Of a DNA stretch of 64,000 nucleotides, positions 11,421 to 25,646 are shown piece after piece. The stretch comes from Vicugna vicugna (Eukaryota): contig MU058718.1 in assembly GCA_013265495.1 (NCBI GenBank), positions 3,486,081 to 3,550,080 of the forward strand, read 5' to 3'. Both the position numbers and the translations under genes were made by a program. The notes beneath the pieces are model-generated. The model made no database searches. It was not told the DNA's origin and saw only the letters and a program-made list of their open reading frames with translations. Numbering within the stretch: the first letter of the stretch is position 1; every line of letters starts with the position of its first letter.

Positions 11421-14013
11421 GCAGATTTGAGATTTGTTCTTGTCTCCTCACCTTGCTGCAAATTTCGCGTCTCAGCGTTTTGACTCGCTGGTGTTGGTAA
11501 AAAGCCCATGGTTGGGTAGCAGTACGATCCAGGTGAGAATGTCGGGGTGGGCCCTGAGGTTGTCCATCCGGGTCTCTGTGCGCTTCTCCAACCCCACCCC
11601 ACCCCACCCCCGCCCTTCTTTGTTCTTCTTCCTCCATGGGGACCATCTCCCTCCAGGTTTTCTTCTCTTCTGTCGTTACCTAATGGAAACTTCAGCCGTT
11701 TTTCACTCTTCCTGCGGTGCGGAGGTTAATAGAACTTCTGCTCCCCCGTATTTCTTCACGGGAGTGATTAAGTGATCTGCAAGAAATCGCCCTTTTTTCT
11801 GGAAATGAGATCTTTTTTTTCTGCCTCTTATGTGTGCGTTCATCGTTTGCCCATCTGTTATTCAAAGCGCTGATAAAAAAGGAAGCCTTGCTATTGAATC
11901 AGAATTTCTGATTACGAGTCAGAGAAACTACAGTAGTTAAACAAAGGAAGTTCTCAGATCACACTACCTGATAGTTTATATGAACACGCCAGAGACATCT
12001 GCATATATTCTTCAAATATATGAGCCAGCTATTTCTACCGAGGCTGGTGTTTAGGGAGCCTTAGGCTTGGCATGATACATCACACATAAGTGAGGCTACC
12101 TAAATCGTGTCTTTATCTGAAGAACCAGCTTTTCGGCTACACACAGAACTGAGGGTTTCACTGAATAAGAGTGAACAATGGATGCAAGTAATTAAATACC
12201 CAGAAACATCAGCCTGGTCCTTTGGATTTATTACCTGCTCCCCTTTACCACAACATGTTAAATATAATTATTAAGTAACCTCTACCCTCTGCATTCTCAG
12301 ACAGTGAGCTGTCAGGTATGGTGGCTGAGAGCGCAGGAGCCGGCAGGTCTGGTATCACTAAAATCAGCTCCAATGTAACTCAGAAATAGAGACGTCAATG
12401 AATGTTGAACAGAGAATCACAAAAAAGGAAATGAAAAGTATTCCAAACCGTTGAAAAATATTATTCAAAACTTGGTTAACTATTTGGAAAGTGAAACTAT
12501 TTTTTAATCATATCACATCTCAGATATGATGGCATTAAACATGAAATATTTAAAACTTTAATAAACCAGAAGACAAGGCAAATATTCATCTGATCTTTTT
12601 CAAGGAGGCTTAAGTCACTGTAAATTACTTCACGCAAAAGGCTTATGAGTTTTCTGAAACTTCTCTCCAACCTGTATTTTTTACATTTTAAACCCTCCTT
12701 TGTTACTTCTGCCTGTATATCTTAGCCATCTGTTTTCTTCCTTAATTCACTGGGCCTGTCTTTATTCTAAGTCCACTTCTAGTACTATAGGTAAACTGAG
12801 TGCATTGATTTATTGTTATGCTGCCCTTTAACACATGACTCTTCAGAAAAGACTGAGGTATTAAATAGGAACTACTCTGCATTCTGTTTCTGAACTGTAT
12901 TTTCAGCCTAATAGTTAATGGGTTTATAATGAGCAAGTAAATGAAGATTCTAATTGTTCCTTCTGTAAATGCTGCTTGCCACATGTGATCTGTGAGAAGA
13001 TGGCTCCACCCAATATATTTTCCTAATTGCCTGTTGGGCAATGTGGTTGTCAGATGCGAAGAAATAAGTCTCCAGTCTTATCGCTTGGCAGGCTTAAAAT
13101 GATGAGCATATGAAGGTTAATTGCAGCTTCTCAAGAGGTTGGTTTCGGAGTTGGCAATACATGGGCTTTGCAGAATATGCAAACTTTACCTAGGTGTCGT
13201 GATGTCTGTAGACCTGCTATGCCTGCAGGAAAAAAAAATCACAAATGTCTATCAGAAAGAAATCAGTCAATCTTAAGAAACTTCTGAGGATCAATCAAAA
13301 CTCCATGCCTTTATTAAATTCCTTGTCTTGAAGATTTCAACTAAGACCAAGAATTAAAACATAGCCTAGTTACATATCCTCTGTGTAAGTCAGTTGTCTA
13401 TCATCCAAATGGAGGGGACACTTTCCCTTGATATTAAAAGAATCTGAGCATCTGCTCTCCATACCTTGGGGATGGGTAGAGAGAGGAGAGAGAATCCCAG
13501 TAGATCTGATGAGGCCCTGAGGGCTGGTTCGGGGGCAATCAGGATGCCACATCAGGGGCCCCAAGGGAACAAGAGAGACAAGGATACTGGGGCACACTCA
13601 GCCACAAGGAAATTCAGATGCATTTCACATGTGTTTGTTTGTTGTTGTGTTTTTTTCTTTTGAGGTCTCTGGTGTCAGGCTTCATCCTTAAGATGCTTGT
13701 CAAGTCTTTGGTAGTAACTAAAGGAAACTCAATCACTGGGGCACATTCCTAGTAGAAGCTTTCAAAGGTTTTGCTATAAAGGATAACAAAGGATCATTGG
13801 TTCTTCCACAAAGTGGGTCTGACTCAATATGATATTTTTCATGGTCTGAATCTTCACGAGGCTAGGCTAATAATAACAATAACAGTAATACTCTGTTTTC
13901 TTATTTCTCAAACGCAAGGGTTGTTTGTGTTTTTACTCCCCCCACCCCCACTTTAACATCCCTGCAGTGAAGATACATCTTACATGTGTCAAAAGAAACT
14001 CACTAGCCACTGG

Positions 14014-14177
14014 TAAAGTGATGGTCCTTGACCTTCACTGCATTGAAATCATCAGAAGGACTTTAAAAATACTGATACCATGCTACTAATTTAATTGGTT
14101 TGAATGCAGCCTGAGAATGTGGGCTTTTTCAAGTTTCCCAGGTGATTCTAATGTGCAGCCAGGGTTGAGAATGCAGG
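14014..14177. mobile_element. MER5A-like hAT DNA transposon
   Basis: Characteristic end cccaggtgattctaatgtgcagccagggttgagaa. Confidence 0.75.
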
Positions 14178-14974
14178 GGTAAGGGATGAGTGGGTGGCAA
14201 ATGCTCAGAGACAGTTTTCATTGCCTGTACGTTTGGGAAATTAATAAGATGCGGGGGTAGGGGAGCATCAGTTCATCAGTCTGTTACTTCTGTGGAGTTA
14301 TGTGCATTGATAGCTGGTAGATTTAAATTCACCTCATAATTGTCAGTTAAAAGAACCACTTTAAAAGATTCCACTATAATGTAATATAGAACAGAAAAAA
14401 TATGTTGTGTATGCACAAAATTAATAGTCACACACTGGGTAATGCAATAGAAGGCAATAAAAATTGCCAAAATTCTGAGACCAGATCACAGATCTTCAAT
14501 TGTTGGGACCAGCTGTGTTAAAAACTATCATTCAGATGTCCACATTCGTCAAAAGCTTCCAGCTAGTTTCCAAAAAATGTCTCTAGTTATGTATAATACA
14601 ATTAGCAGCAACAATACAAACAAAATGGCCAAGAGGGAAATGCAACCAAACAAATTTTTAAAAGCCCACATAACGCACAGTATGCTTTGATGTGTGTTTA
14701 AATTATTCTGCAGCATCACAAAGATGCTAACAAGGTCCAGGTCACCCACCGAGGTGGTGATTACATTAAATGTAACTGCCAATGGCCATACTTGATACAG
14801 AGACTCCAACTGTGGTTGTCATTCTGAAGAGGAAAGGAGCGTGTATTTGTGGGAATAAAGGTACACAGTTGTAAATTAGATTTAAAAAATCGTGTGGGCA
14901 TTTAATGTTGCATTTGGTTTTGGTTTTCTCCAAAAGAACTAATATTAAATTAGTGGTCAATAATATAGTAGCCA

Positions 14975-15185
14975 TGTATTAAATCTCATTGTTTTCCATG
15001 CAATGTTCAAAAGGCTTTACGTGAATCATCTTCTTTGATCTTCATCTTACGTATTTTTGTTATTACCATTTTAGAAATGAGAAAATTGAAGCACAAAGAG
15101 GTCAGTCACTTGCCCAAGGTCACACAGCAGGCAAGTGTCAGGATCTGAACCCAGATGGCCTGAGGGCTCATGCCCTTAACCACTT
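14975..15185 (-). mobile_element. MIR SINE
   Basis: attttagaaatgagaaaattgaagcac...cacttgcccaaggtcacacagc. Confidence 0.75.
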
Positions 15186-15234
15186 GGTTATAGGGCACTG
15201 GTTGCTGCACATAGGGTGTACCCCGTACAACACA

Positions 15235-15760
15235 GGCAATATATATTTAATGAGCACCTATTAAGTGCTATAAACACTGGTATAACAACTAGAGATACTA
15301 GTGAATAAAATAGTCAAGGTCACTCCCTTCTTAGAGCTGATCTTCTAGCAGAGAAATGCAAATAAGTAAATCAATAAAGCTCCAGATCATTTGAGTACTA
15401 AGTGCTGTACCAAATTGAACCGACCAATGGGATAGAGGGATGGGGGGTCAGCAACGGCCTCTCTGAGGAGGTGACATTTGAGCTGAAGCGCTAGGGGCAG
15501 CTGGGGGTAAGGCAGCAGGCAGGGGTAAAGGCCTTTGGGCAGGAACAAGCACTGGGTGTCCAGGGAACTAGAGTCAGTGCAGCTGACATGCAGAGAGGAG
15601 AGGAGAGCCGGCCAGTGAGGCCCGGAGACGCTCAGGGCCAGACCTTCAGGCTCCCGCAGGCCAGATGCACCGCGTGGGAGTCTGGTTACAAAAAAACCCA
15701 ACTTGACTCTGGTTGACATAAGGCACAGAAGGAAGCTATTAGAATGGCACGGAGCAGCTC
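15235..15760 (-). mobile_element. L2 LINE remnant
   Basis: tttaatgagcacctatt...ggcctctctgaggaggtgacatttgagctga. Confidence 0.7.
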
Positions 15761-16924
15761 AGAAAGATGGAAACCAGGGCGGCTCTGCGTCTGGAGGGAG
15801 CAGGGACTGATGAGCAACGGCCTTCTCCAAGCCCCACGGGCCACACACACACTCCCATGACGTCTCATCATTTACTCTCTGCTCGAGATGTGATTCCAGG
15901 AAGATGGTGTCTGATCTGGCTTAGGTCCTGTGTCTGCCTCTTAGCTGACATCATGGCCTATCACCCCAACCACTGCATCCAATCTGAGTGCCGTTTCTAG
16001 AAATGCGGGGATGAGTGCTGGCAGCCAAAGGAGGAAAGCAAAGGGACAGGTTATATCCGTGGCGTGTTTTGAATGAATGAATGCTGCTGACATCTGTGCC
16101 TTCAAATTTCTGGTGAGGGGGTTTTCTGGTTTTGATTTTGGTTTTGGTTTTTGTGTCCGGGTGGGTTTTTTTTTTTCCCCCACAAAAGCAAATGTTTTAG
16201 AAACGGCAGGAAGCGAGGAGGCTCAATTTCAACCTCTGCAGAGAATAAACATTGAAGGGGACGTTCTCTTCAGTATTGAATTTATATCTCACAATGCTAA
16301 ACACTCACAAGGCGTTTTGCTCAAAAAACAACAGAGCTTCCACGATCAGTCAAAACTGGGGCCACAGCCATTTTCACCTAGTAAAATTTTCCAAGCGGTG
16401 AACAGAGAAATCGCTGCCTCTAACTACTCCAAACTGAGCTGGGAATTTTTCTCTCGTGATATAAAGATCCCACATAGTAAATTTTTTTAAAAAACAGTAT
16501 TCTTTGGGGCTTGCTGATCTGAAAATCTGTCTCAACATGGGCTTTTGAGTCACAAAAACCAGTTTCCCAACCCAGATCATCCACTTTTTAAATAAAAGCT
16601 TACACAAGTTAATTAACCACAGTCGGCCTTAGTTTGTCATAAACTGGAGATAATAATACCCACACCATAGGCTGATTGTAAGCATTGAGTTGGAAAGTGT
16701 GTGGCCTGCCTAATACAGCACCTCACTGGGCTTTCTTTCAATTAAGCTCGTGTTAATCCTTGCAGTGGAGAGCAGTCAGCACGTAAATGAATACACACTG
16801 CCAGGATGTCTACCTTAGTATGGATGTGGAGGGGAAAAAAGGTTTACAAAGGGTTTTGGCCCTGAATAACTTAAAAAGATTTACATTCCTCGAGTATAGT
16901 TCATGCCAGTGTTTCTTAAGACAA

Positions 16925-17095
16925 GTAATAATAATCACTACTGTTACTTCAATCCTCACGATATACTGGACACTATTCTAAACAGTTCATATTTATTTAC
17001 TTATTTAATCTATACAACAACCCTATGAGATTGGTATTATTATCCCCCATTTAAAAAACTGTAATGTGCACTTAAAAATTTGCCAAGATCATAAA
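16925..17095 (-). mobile_element. MIR SINE
   Basis: acaacaaccctatgagattggtattattatccccattt...ttgccaagatca. Confidence 0.7.
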
Positions 17096-19339
17096 TCTCA
17101 CGTTGTGTTCTCAGCCCAATAAAACAAAACAAAATAAAATAATGTAATAAAATAAAAGGTTTATGTCCAGGGCATGGAGAAATTCTGATAGAGACCTGGT
17201 CTCCGTACAAGCTGGCCCTGGGCCTTGGCCCTCCCAGAGACCACCAGTCTATTGTGAAGAGGCTGGCTCGCTCTTCTCTGGGCTCTAGTTCCCAGTTAGT
17301 GTCCTGGAGGAGAGAGGACAAAGCCAACTCCAGGCAACATTCCAAAGTGAAGGTGTCTCTTTGGTGGCCTCTCTTTCCTTTCTGTGTCCATCACTTCTCA
17401 CCAGGAGTACAGTATCCAAAGTACTGAAAGCTTCCAACAGTGACAACTCACCCCATGCCTCAGGAGCTGTACTCCACTCACTCTCTCTTCCATTTCCCTC
17501 ATTAATCACATCTTCCAGTCTTCAATTTCCAGGTTATTGCTGAAGCAGGGTAATAAACTCCAATATGGTTTCTTGCAACTGCCCACTAAGATATCCATAT
17601 AAGCTTCTTAAAATATGAAACTTTCAACAGCATTAGAAATCCTATCAACCACTTGACAGTGCCCCAAAAAAATTTAGACCAAGGTCAGCATAAAGCAGGC
17701 CAGACCGTGAAACACAATCGTGGCAAAGATGCAAAAAAACTGACTGAAATAAACAGGCTCCACCCTCTGGGACAGAGCAGCACAGTCACCTGGGAAGGAG
17801 AGAAAAAGACACTGGGTCACCCCACTAACGGCACCCAGCTCAGAAATGCAGGTCCTGCACAAAGTAATACCCAGGGAGCTCTGCCCTGCTGCAGCCAAGA
17901 AGGCAAGCGCCTCTACTTGCATCCTTTCAGGACCACACAACAGCTGTCTGCCGAGGGGACACTCTGCCATGGAGATGATGCTGGCACGTGAGGGCTGAGG
18001 AGGGAAGGTATTCAGAGGCCAGCCATGCTCAGGGCGTTTTGCTAATATTCTTGAAGACAGAAATCACCTTCTCTAGTGAAGCAGAACTAAAGAGAAGGAG
18101 CAGGTTAGGAGCAGGATGGCTGGAAGGAAAAGAATTTTTAAACTGCAGCCACTGCAGGCATTGAGGACACTGTAAACAGCTGCTTTGGGGAAAGCTTTTC
18201 TTCTTCTTTTTTCTCCCTTTTTTATTAAAGTGCTTTAAAGGGACCTCTGATTATACAAAAGTCAGCATGGCTGGCTGGGAGAGTGTGGCCTAGACCGTTC
18301 TGTGCGGGAGTGTGAGTGTTTCCCCTTTGTCCAGACAGGGTTTGGGGGAGAGGGGTTTGTTTGCTTGTTTGCTTGACTCATTTTAAGAGATTTCTTTTTT
18401 CCCCTGAAAAAAAAGGAGAAGCCCAGAGATTGTGGTTGGGGTTCCCAAGAGAAAGAGGAGATAGAAAATGCCACAAAAGGGTGGTCTCCAGGGACAGGGA
18501 AGGCGAATAGGACCCAAGGAAAGAAACAGCCAGTAAGGAATTCCTTCTGACAATGTTTGTCTAATGGTCTTCAGGCACAATGATGTCTGCTATCTGATTT
18601 CAAGATACTTCCCGTTTGTGAGATAATTCTCTTCTATTACCAGCCTCCCTGCCTAGTTTTTACAGAACCTTCGCTAGCTTATATAAACCAGTGCCAGTTT
18701 TAAATAAGTGCCTCAATGCTTGAGACTAAGTGATCTGAGGGTCAGGAAGTAAACTAAAATGCCCAGGGTTGATTGAGAATAAGCCAGCACCCAAGTAACA
18801 CGTACAGTGTTTCTTCCATCACATACAGTAAGGAGACTCCAGTAAGTAAACATTTCTTAATTTTATTACATATTTGTGCTTATTTTGAAGTTTTCTTCTG
18901 TTTCCCATATTAACTCTTTTTCATTTGTGTGTCAGTTTTGTCTGTTGAATCCATGCCTGTCAGGCTGTTGGTTTTCCTTAAGTGTTTGGCTATATTTGTG
19001 TTGAGGGTATATTGAACTATGTGAATAGTTACAACTTTTTCTTAATGCCAGTGAGACTGCTCTCTTGCAATAGGATTGTTCAGGGCAGGGGAGAAAGTGG
19101 ATTGAATAGGCAGCTATTCCTCAGGAACAGTCTCCCCAACCCTTCTGTGGCTGTAAGTTACCTGGGACATTAAACCATTTCTCCTGCCCAAATCTCCCCT
19201 CTTGAAGCATCTCATTTGAGGGGACTCACTCAAAGAGTTGTATTCCCAGCTCTTTCCTAAAGGCCACCATAAAAGTAGAGGTAATGACTCACCTGGTAAT
19301 TTAATTTCCCAGTAGGTCCTCATATTCGCAGCCCCACTG

Positions 19340-19705
19340 AACCTCTTGTTCGCTGATTTACTAGAAGGACTCACAGACTGAGAAGTAGTTATATTAACAG
19401 GTATAGTGTGTTGAAATTAAAAGATACAAAACAAAATCAGCAAAGGAGGAAGGTGCATGGGGCAAAGTCCAGAGGAAGCAGGGCGGAAGCTTTCCAGAGT
19501 CCTCTCCGAGTGGAGTCACACTGTATGTACTTAACTCCTTCAACAGCGGTGTGTAGCAATGTATGCAAAGTGTGTCTACCAGAGAGGATCACTGGCCTCA
19601 GCATCCAAAGTTTTTATTGCAGGCTAGTCATGTAGAGACCCTCTGCCAAACACGTGTCAAAATTTCAGACTCCCAGAAGCAATGCAGGTGTTCAGCATAA
19701 ACCTA
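19340..19705. mobile_element. MER21-like LTR remnant
   Basis: ctagaaggactcacaga...aaaatcagcaaagg...gtcctctccgagtggagtcac...caggtgttcagcataaacc resembles MER21 from memory. Confidence 0.65.
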
Positions 19706-20811
19706 AGTATATATGCAATGCCTATTTCTCCAGATCTTATGAGCCTTTGAGTCAGAAGATCTCATTAACTCCAACACAAATGTCCCTGGTTCTTGCTCCC
19801 ATTTTTCTTATCAAACCTCCACCCGCTGAGCACCGTCTTATATTTCTGAGGGTCTCCACTAGGTGTCTGCATGTCCTGCTGGCAACACATCTGCCCGCTG
19901 AGCAAAGCAGTTTGTCCAGACCTTCCTCTGGGTGTGCAGCAAGACATGCAGGAGAAAGGCTCACCTGTTCAGGTGAGAAGGCAAAACCTTGGATCTAAGT
20001 ATTTTTTATAAGGCTTAGTGAGAAGATTCCATCAGCTTTTACTGACAGCCTTCTACGTGCTTCTGGAACACACGCTGCTAGGTTACCTAGACCAGGGACC
20101 AGAACCGAGAAATTGCTACAATGCCCCAATCAGACCTGCTGCTCCCCTCTGATGACTAAGGCTTCTCACTGGCTCAAGCAAATCAGCAGATTCCTTCTAC
20201 CCTTAGGGTGAATTCTCCCCCAGGAAGCTTCTCAGCCTCACCAGCCACTTACAGCTTGCTAGACACGCCCATATATACTTCACCCCAGCCGGGGCATGGC
20301 TTGACTTCTTTCCCAGATGACTCCAACCTCCCCTGCGTATATTGATTACACTCAGGCCTGTCTCACCAGTTCACAAATGTGCCCAGACAGGCTCAAAAAC
20401 CTGCAATAGACCCCAGATAAACCAGTGCGGAGATCCCTCTACTCTGTTTCTCTAATTCTGCAAACTCAGATACTTGACTCACATGGAAGCCCCAAGCCAA
20501 CAGCACACCCAACTCTGAGTGTGTTCTAAATCCAGCATAAGAATGTTGCAATCTGATGCTTTTTGTGAAATATTTCTTCGATTTTCTGTATGAGCATAAA
20601 TTATTTCTTTAGATTTCAATAGATTTACATCTAAGATTTTGAAAGGGAGAAAGTGCCATCTACTTATGCTCTGGCTAGAGTGATGAAAGTAATCAGCTTG
20701 GATTCATCTTCAGAATATAGGTAATTTTTTCAGAGGGTTTTAGTGCATAAATATCTGGAACAAAGAAAGAGAAATAAAGCAATAATTAAAATTGCAATCA
20801 CATCCTTTGCT

Positions 20812-20886
20812 GCACCACTTGGTGGCCTGAAATGTTGAGTTCAAATAGCAAATTCCTCCACCTGCTGGTACAAGCTTGTCTCTGCA
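20812..20886 (-). promoter_or_regulatory. Two tandem CTCF-like motifs
   Basis: Minus strand CCAGCAGGTGGAG (20868-20856) with TGCAG 13 nt upstream, and CCACCAAGTGGTGC (20825-20812). Confidence 0.5.
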
Positions 20887-23800
20887 ATTCTCACACAAAT
20901 CTCAAAAATACAAAAGAGGATTTGTCAGGAAAATTATGAGTGGACTGAAACTTCATGTGTTCATCTTAAAATGGAAATGTACTGTGATTCAATGATTCAG
21001 ATACTGTCATTCAAGAGGGTGGAGGAGGAAACAGTACTTTCAGGAAGAAAAACAGCTGTTGTCTTTTGGCTTCAGGATGAATACAAGATGCTCTTCCCTT
21101 CTTGTGCACTTAGCGCTTCAGGTCTGGACTGATTGTTTTTCCCTTTAGCATACTCTGCCTTGTGTTTTCCTATGAGTGCAGTGCCCTCAGCTAGTTTAAA
21201 AGTTCTTGGTAAGGCAGAGGCCATGACCTGTATTTTTTGTACCATTAACAGTGAGCACCATACCTTGTATACAGTAGGTGCTCATTCAATAATTGTTTTG
21301 TTGATTTTCCAAGTTGGTGAATACTTCCAGTTCCTTCTTTCACCAGGGACATCACCAAAGGGGAATCCTTTAGTCATGGTTGTAACACCTACTCTGGGTT
21401 GTAAAATGACCACTCCTAAAACAAGTACAGGGAACTATCCTTAAGTATAAAGGGGAAAGGGAGAGGCAGATAAAGAGAGGGAGTCAGTTCCCAGAGGACT
21501 GGGGAAACACTGTGTCTGGCTGCTGTGCAGTCAGTTTGGTCACTGATGTACCCCAAGTACCCAGCACAAGGCTGGACTCATAGCAGATTCTTAACAAAAT
21601 GTTTAATAAATCAGTAAATTAAAATATTAAATTTGAAAAACAGACAGGCTATATTATGCACAACTATGTTGAATGAACTCCAGCCCATCTAACACAAGAA
21701 GTGCAAAAATGAAAGCCCAGTATTTGTGAATGAGGATCAGCTTTTAATAAATCATCCAGACTCCATCCTTGAAAAAATGAAGTAGAAAGGAAGCTATTTT
21801 CCTCTGTATTATCTGTTTTAAACTAATAAATGCTACCACTCAATTTAGAGTTTTAAAGATGGATGATTAAACAGCTCAGAGAAGTTAAAGTATTTGGCAT
21901 TTGAGAACCTGGTGTTTGTGATTCCTTCAGTTTACCCCTTAAGGGAACAAAATTCTAAAAAACAGTAATATTTGTATGGCACCTATATATTTTATAGGTA
22001 ATCTCACGATTAATCAATCACACACAAAGAACAAGTCAAAATGTGGACCAACCGTGGTTGGCACAACAGAGGCCCTGGGACAGAGGCCAGGGAGGCTGTA
22101 TCTCTGGTGCACGTCGCATCCTGATTACCTGCTGAAACCTAGTGCTTAGCACACTTCTCACTTCCCTTCCTCTGTCAGGATTTGCTCATACGTCTTTGCA
22201 AAATTTTCCCAGAATTTATCTCCTCATTCATTCCCACAGCAAGGTGAAAGCTTTTTCTGAAACATAAGTCTTGTTGCATCAGTAATAATCCAGAGGGTGA
22301 AGCAGATACAAACAGTACATAAACTCAGGTGTGTATGAAATGCAGCTTTATTTTTTTATCATTTGAATTTCTAGTTTGAACCCCCATTCCTCCAGGAAAG
22401 GGAAAACCTGATCTCAGTCAATTGGCCCATTCAGTCCAAGCACCAGTGGCAGAGAGCTGAGGGTGGGAAGCCCAGGTCTGAACAAGTCTCTCGCTGGTTA
22501 TTCTGAGTCAGCCTTCAGCACACGGGCTTCAGCCAAGGGCTGCCCCACGCCTCCCTAGGGACAGGGAGTCTTTGCGGTCATGGCTAAGGCCCAGCTGCTG
22601 AGAGCCTCCAAGCAGCTACTTTCTCCCTGGGGTTTCTGCTGCCTCCCCAGGGGAGCAGGCGCCAGGCTCCTTGCTCCACTCCCCGCCCTCTGCTGTGACA
22701 TCTTCTCACTCCTGGGAGTCTTCTCAGACCCTTGGCCCTCATTCAGTGTGTCTCCCAGACATTAAGCTAGGCCTGCTTCCAAACCAGGAAGGTACATCCT
22801 TCCTTGGAGATTATAAGCACAAGCTAGAGTGGCTCCTCAAGGGAGATGGGGAAAAGGAAACCACGAGGAGAAGCAGGAAATGCTGGCTAATATTTCAAAA
22901 TATAACTCCAACCCCCAAATTGACGTCTTAACACTGCTTTTACTGTTTCCTAGCACTTGTCCGCTCATGCCTTGTTTGCACTCAGCCATCTTGGGGAGTG
23001 AAGAGGCAGAGAGCATTCTCCTCACTCAGCAGAGGTGGAAGTCGAGGTGCTAAGCGAGTCTCCAGCACATTCCATAACAGGCATCCTGAGACCAGCTGCT
23101 GACCGAGGCACAGGGAGAAGACAGGCCGAAATATTTCCAGCTTTTCAGGAACTCCTACTGGACCACACCTAACAAGCCAAACTACCATATTAATGAGCAA
23201 ATCAGATATGACAGGACCTGAAAGTGCCAGGAAAACCCGCTTACTTCTCGACAAGTCAACTATATTCTCGTAATAAGCAAATGGTCACAGTCACAGCCAA
23301 TTAGAGACGGCAATGTGGTCATCATGCTGTCGGCAGGTCCTAAGGGCACTCAGTAGTATAAAAATCTGGGCTCTTGGTCATCTTACTAAATATTTAAAGC
23401 AGTAGAACCTAGGTAGCAACTTTGGTTGACAGACTCATACATTAAATATACTGAATGAAATGTACTTAAACGCACTCATCGGGCACAAAGCTCAGCTCAC
23501 CTTTCAGGCTGCCCATCTCTGGAGCATCAGAGCTCATTTGTGGGGCCACTTTGGACCACAGACATTTCTGTGGACTTCAGAACTGACTTGAAGTAGGTCC
23601 AAAGGCCAGAGAACAGTACAAAACAAACTAAGGCAACAGGGTAAGTAGGTCAGCTGACATGCAGCAAGAATTCGGGTTTACTGAGAAGATCCCAGACCTG
23701 GCTCAGAGGAAGGAAAACAATACACAAAGATTTGCAAACCTCTTCAGCCCCTTACTTGTCAAGTGATCCTGAGCAAGTGACCTAACTTCTCTTAAGTTCT

Positions 23801-24039
23801 TCATCTATAAAATGGGAAGAAAAATAGAACTTGCCTCACAGAGCTGGTTAGAGGATTGCACATCGGGAGCCTAGCCAGAGCCCTTGGAAAATGCTAGTTG
23901 CAGTTTAGATGAATCTGAAAGTGGTATGCTGACACCAGAAGCCCTACTCTGAAAGCTGGTGGCTTCTAACCTGTGTTTGTTATCTGATATCTTTCTCTGC
24001 TGGCCACCAGAATGGGGCTCACAGACCTCCAATACAAGA

Positions 24040-24399
24040 AGCCTAAGTGACCAAGGGCCCGGCTATCCTCACTGTGCTTGTACAGAGGCCACACCTTCCT
24101 GGGGCGCTCCTGCCAATGGCTAAGAGAACATGGGGACTCCTCTGGCCATTGACTTTGGTTCCAGAACTGCCAGTGGCCTTGCTGGACCTTCCTGGACAGA
24201 GGGCAGTCTGGGATGCCCCCCTCCCGTTGTTCCCTCCCTCTCTCCCTTACTGGGGGTCAGACTTGCATCACAGCCCAACACCCCCGGGCTAAGTTGGCTC
24301 CTTCCCCATTCTCTCCCCCACAGGCATCTGCCCTAATAAAATCCTTGCACGTTGAATCGCATCTTAGCATCTGCTTCTCTGAAGAGCTGGACAGACACA
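24040..24399 (+). mobile_element. ERVL LTR16-like solo LTR remnant
   Basis: 3' end aataaaatccttgcacgttgaatcgcatcttagcatctgcttctc...gacaca; 5' boundary approximate. Confidence 0.7.
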
Positions 24400-24982
24400 C
24401 TTCCCCCAAGTTCTCTTCTGACAGTAGGAAGCTTATACTTGTCCACAGAGGTCTGGATGGTTTGTCCAGCTGTTCACAAGGGCCATTTCATCAGAGCAGC
24501 CACGGGGAAGTCACAGCTGAGAAACAGGAATAACACAGGCCCTGGTTGCCAAGGCTGGTGTAAACAGATGTGAGCAATTCAGTCTCATAGTTTTTCAGGG
24601 AACCACAACTTTTAGTGTTTCTAGCCAGGGAGATGCAGAAGGAAAGGTTTTTAAAGATAGTAATCTTCTTGGTCAAGTAAAAACTTACCTAGGCCTCAGT
24701 GTTCCAGACCAGTACAGAACAGCAGATGTTAGATTTCGAAGGGACCCAGGAGACCAGAAGCTACATGTTACCCATACTTTGGTTACATTTGTGCACTTTT
24801 TGGCCAATCCATGTGCCACTCAAATGACAGTTTTTCTTTAAGTAAATTCACTTTAACTTAAGATTTAAAAAGCAAACTTAGTGTCAGAATGCTAACTAGA
24901 AAAGTATCATTTACCATAAATGGAAGACAATGTTATTAAATTTCAGTTAGATACCAAGACCTGAAGAAGGTATAGAGTCTGC

Positions 24983-25646
24983 TGAGACAAGAGGGAAGAG
25001 GGCAGGTCACAGCCATTCAAGGAATGTCACAGCAGTTAACACCAAAATGGTGGAAGATTCAACTCCCAGTAGGCCTTGAGGCTCAAGATGGTGGGAGAGT
25101 TGACTTCTAGTGAACCTTGAGCTTCACTATAAGCTCATTGTAATACATTAGCATGATAAATAACACGCCCACAGGTGCCATGACAGTTACAAGGCTGACC
25201 ATAAAAGCTCAAAGAGTGGATGGTGGCCCAGTTCCTGGGAATCCCAGCCCCTTCCACAGGGTAGTTGGAATGGCCCTCCCACTTGTTGGCACGTGAAGCT
25301 ACTGAGCCCATAAAAACTGGCAACACCTCACCTCACTGCCTCTCTCCCTCCCTCATCTTCGTCTTTGGAGACAGCCTGTACTGTCTATGGAGTGTGTATC
25401 TACTTTTACTTTAGCCGAGCACCCAACCTCCACACCTCATGGCCTTTCTTCTACTACCTTTTGAAACAGCCTACACTCTATGGAGTATGTCTCTTTAAAT
25501 AAGTCTACCTTTACTCTACTGTGGGTAGCTCTTAAATTCTTTCCTGTGCAAAGCCAAGGACCCACAATTGGCATTCACATCCCAGGGACTCAACCTGGGA
25601 CAAGGCCCTCCTCTCACCCCACATTAGTTTTTTTTTTCCTGTATCA
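24983..25646 (+). mobile_element. ERV1-type (MER41-like) solo LTR, 664 bp
   Basis: TG...CA termini; perfect 4-bp TSD CTGC (24979-24982, 25647-25650); TATA-like CATAAAA 25309-25315; internal repeat ctatggagt(g/a)tgt. Confidence 0.85.
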
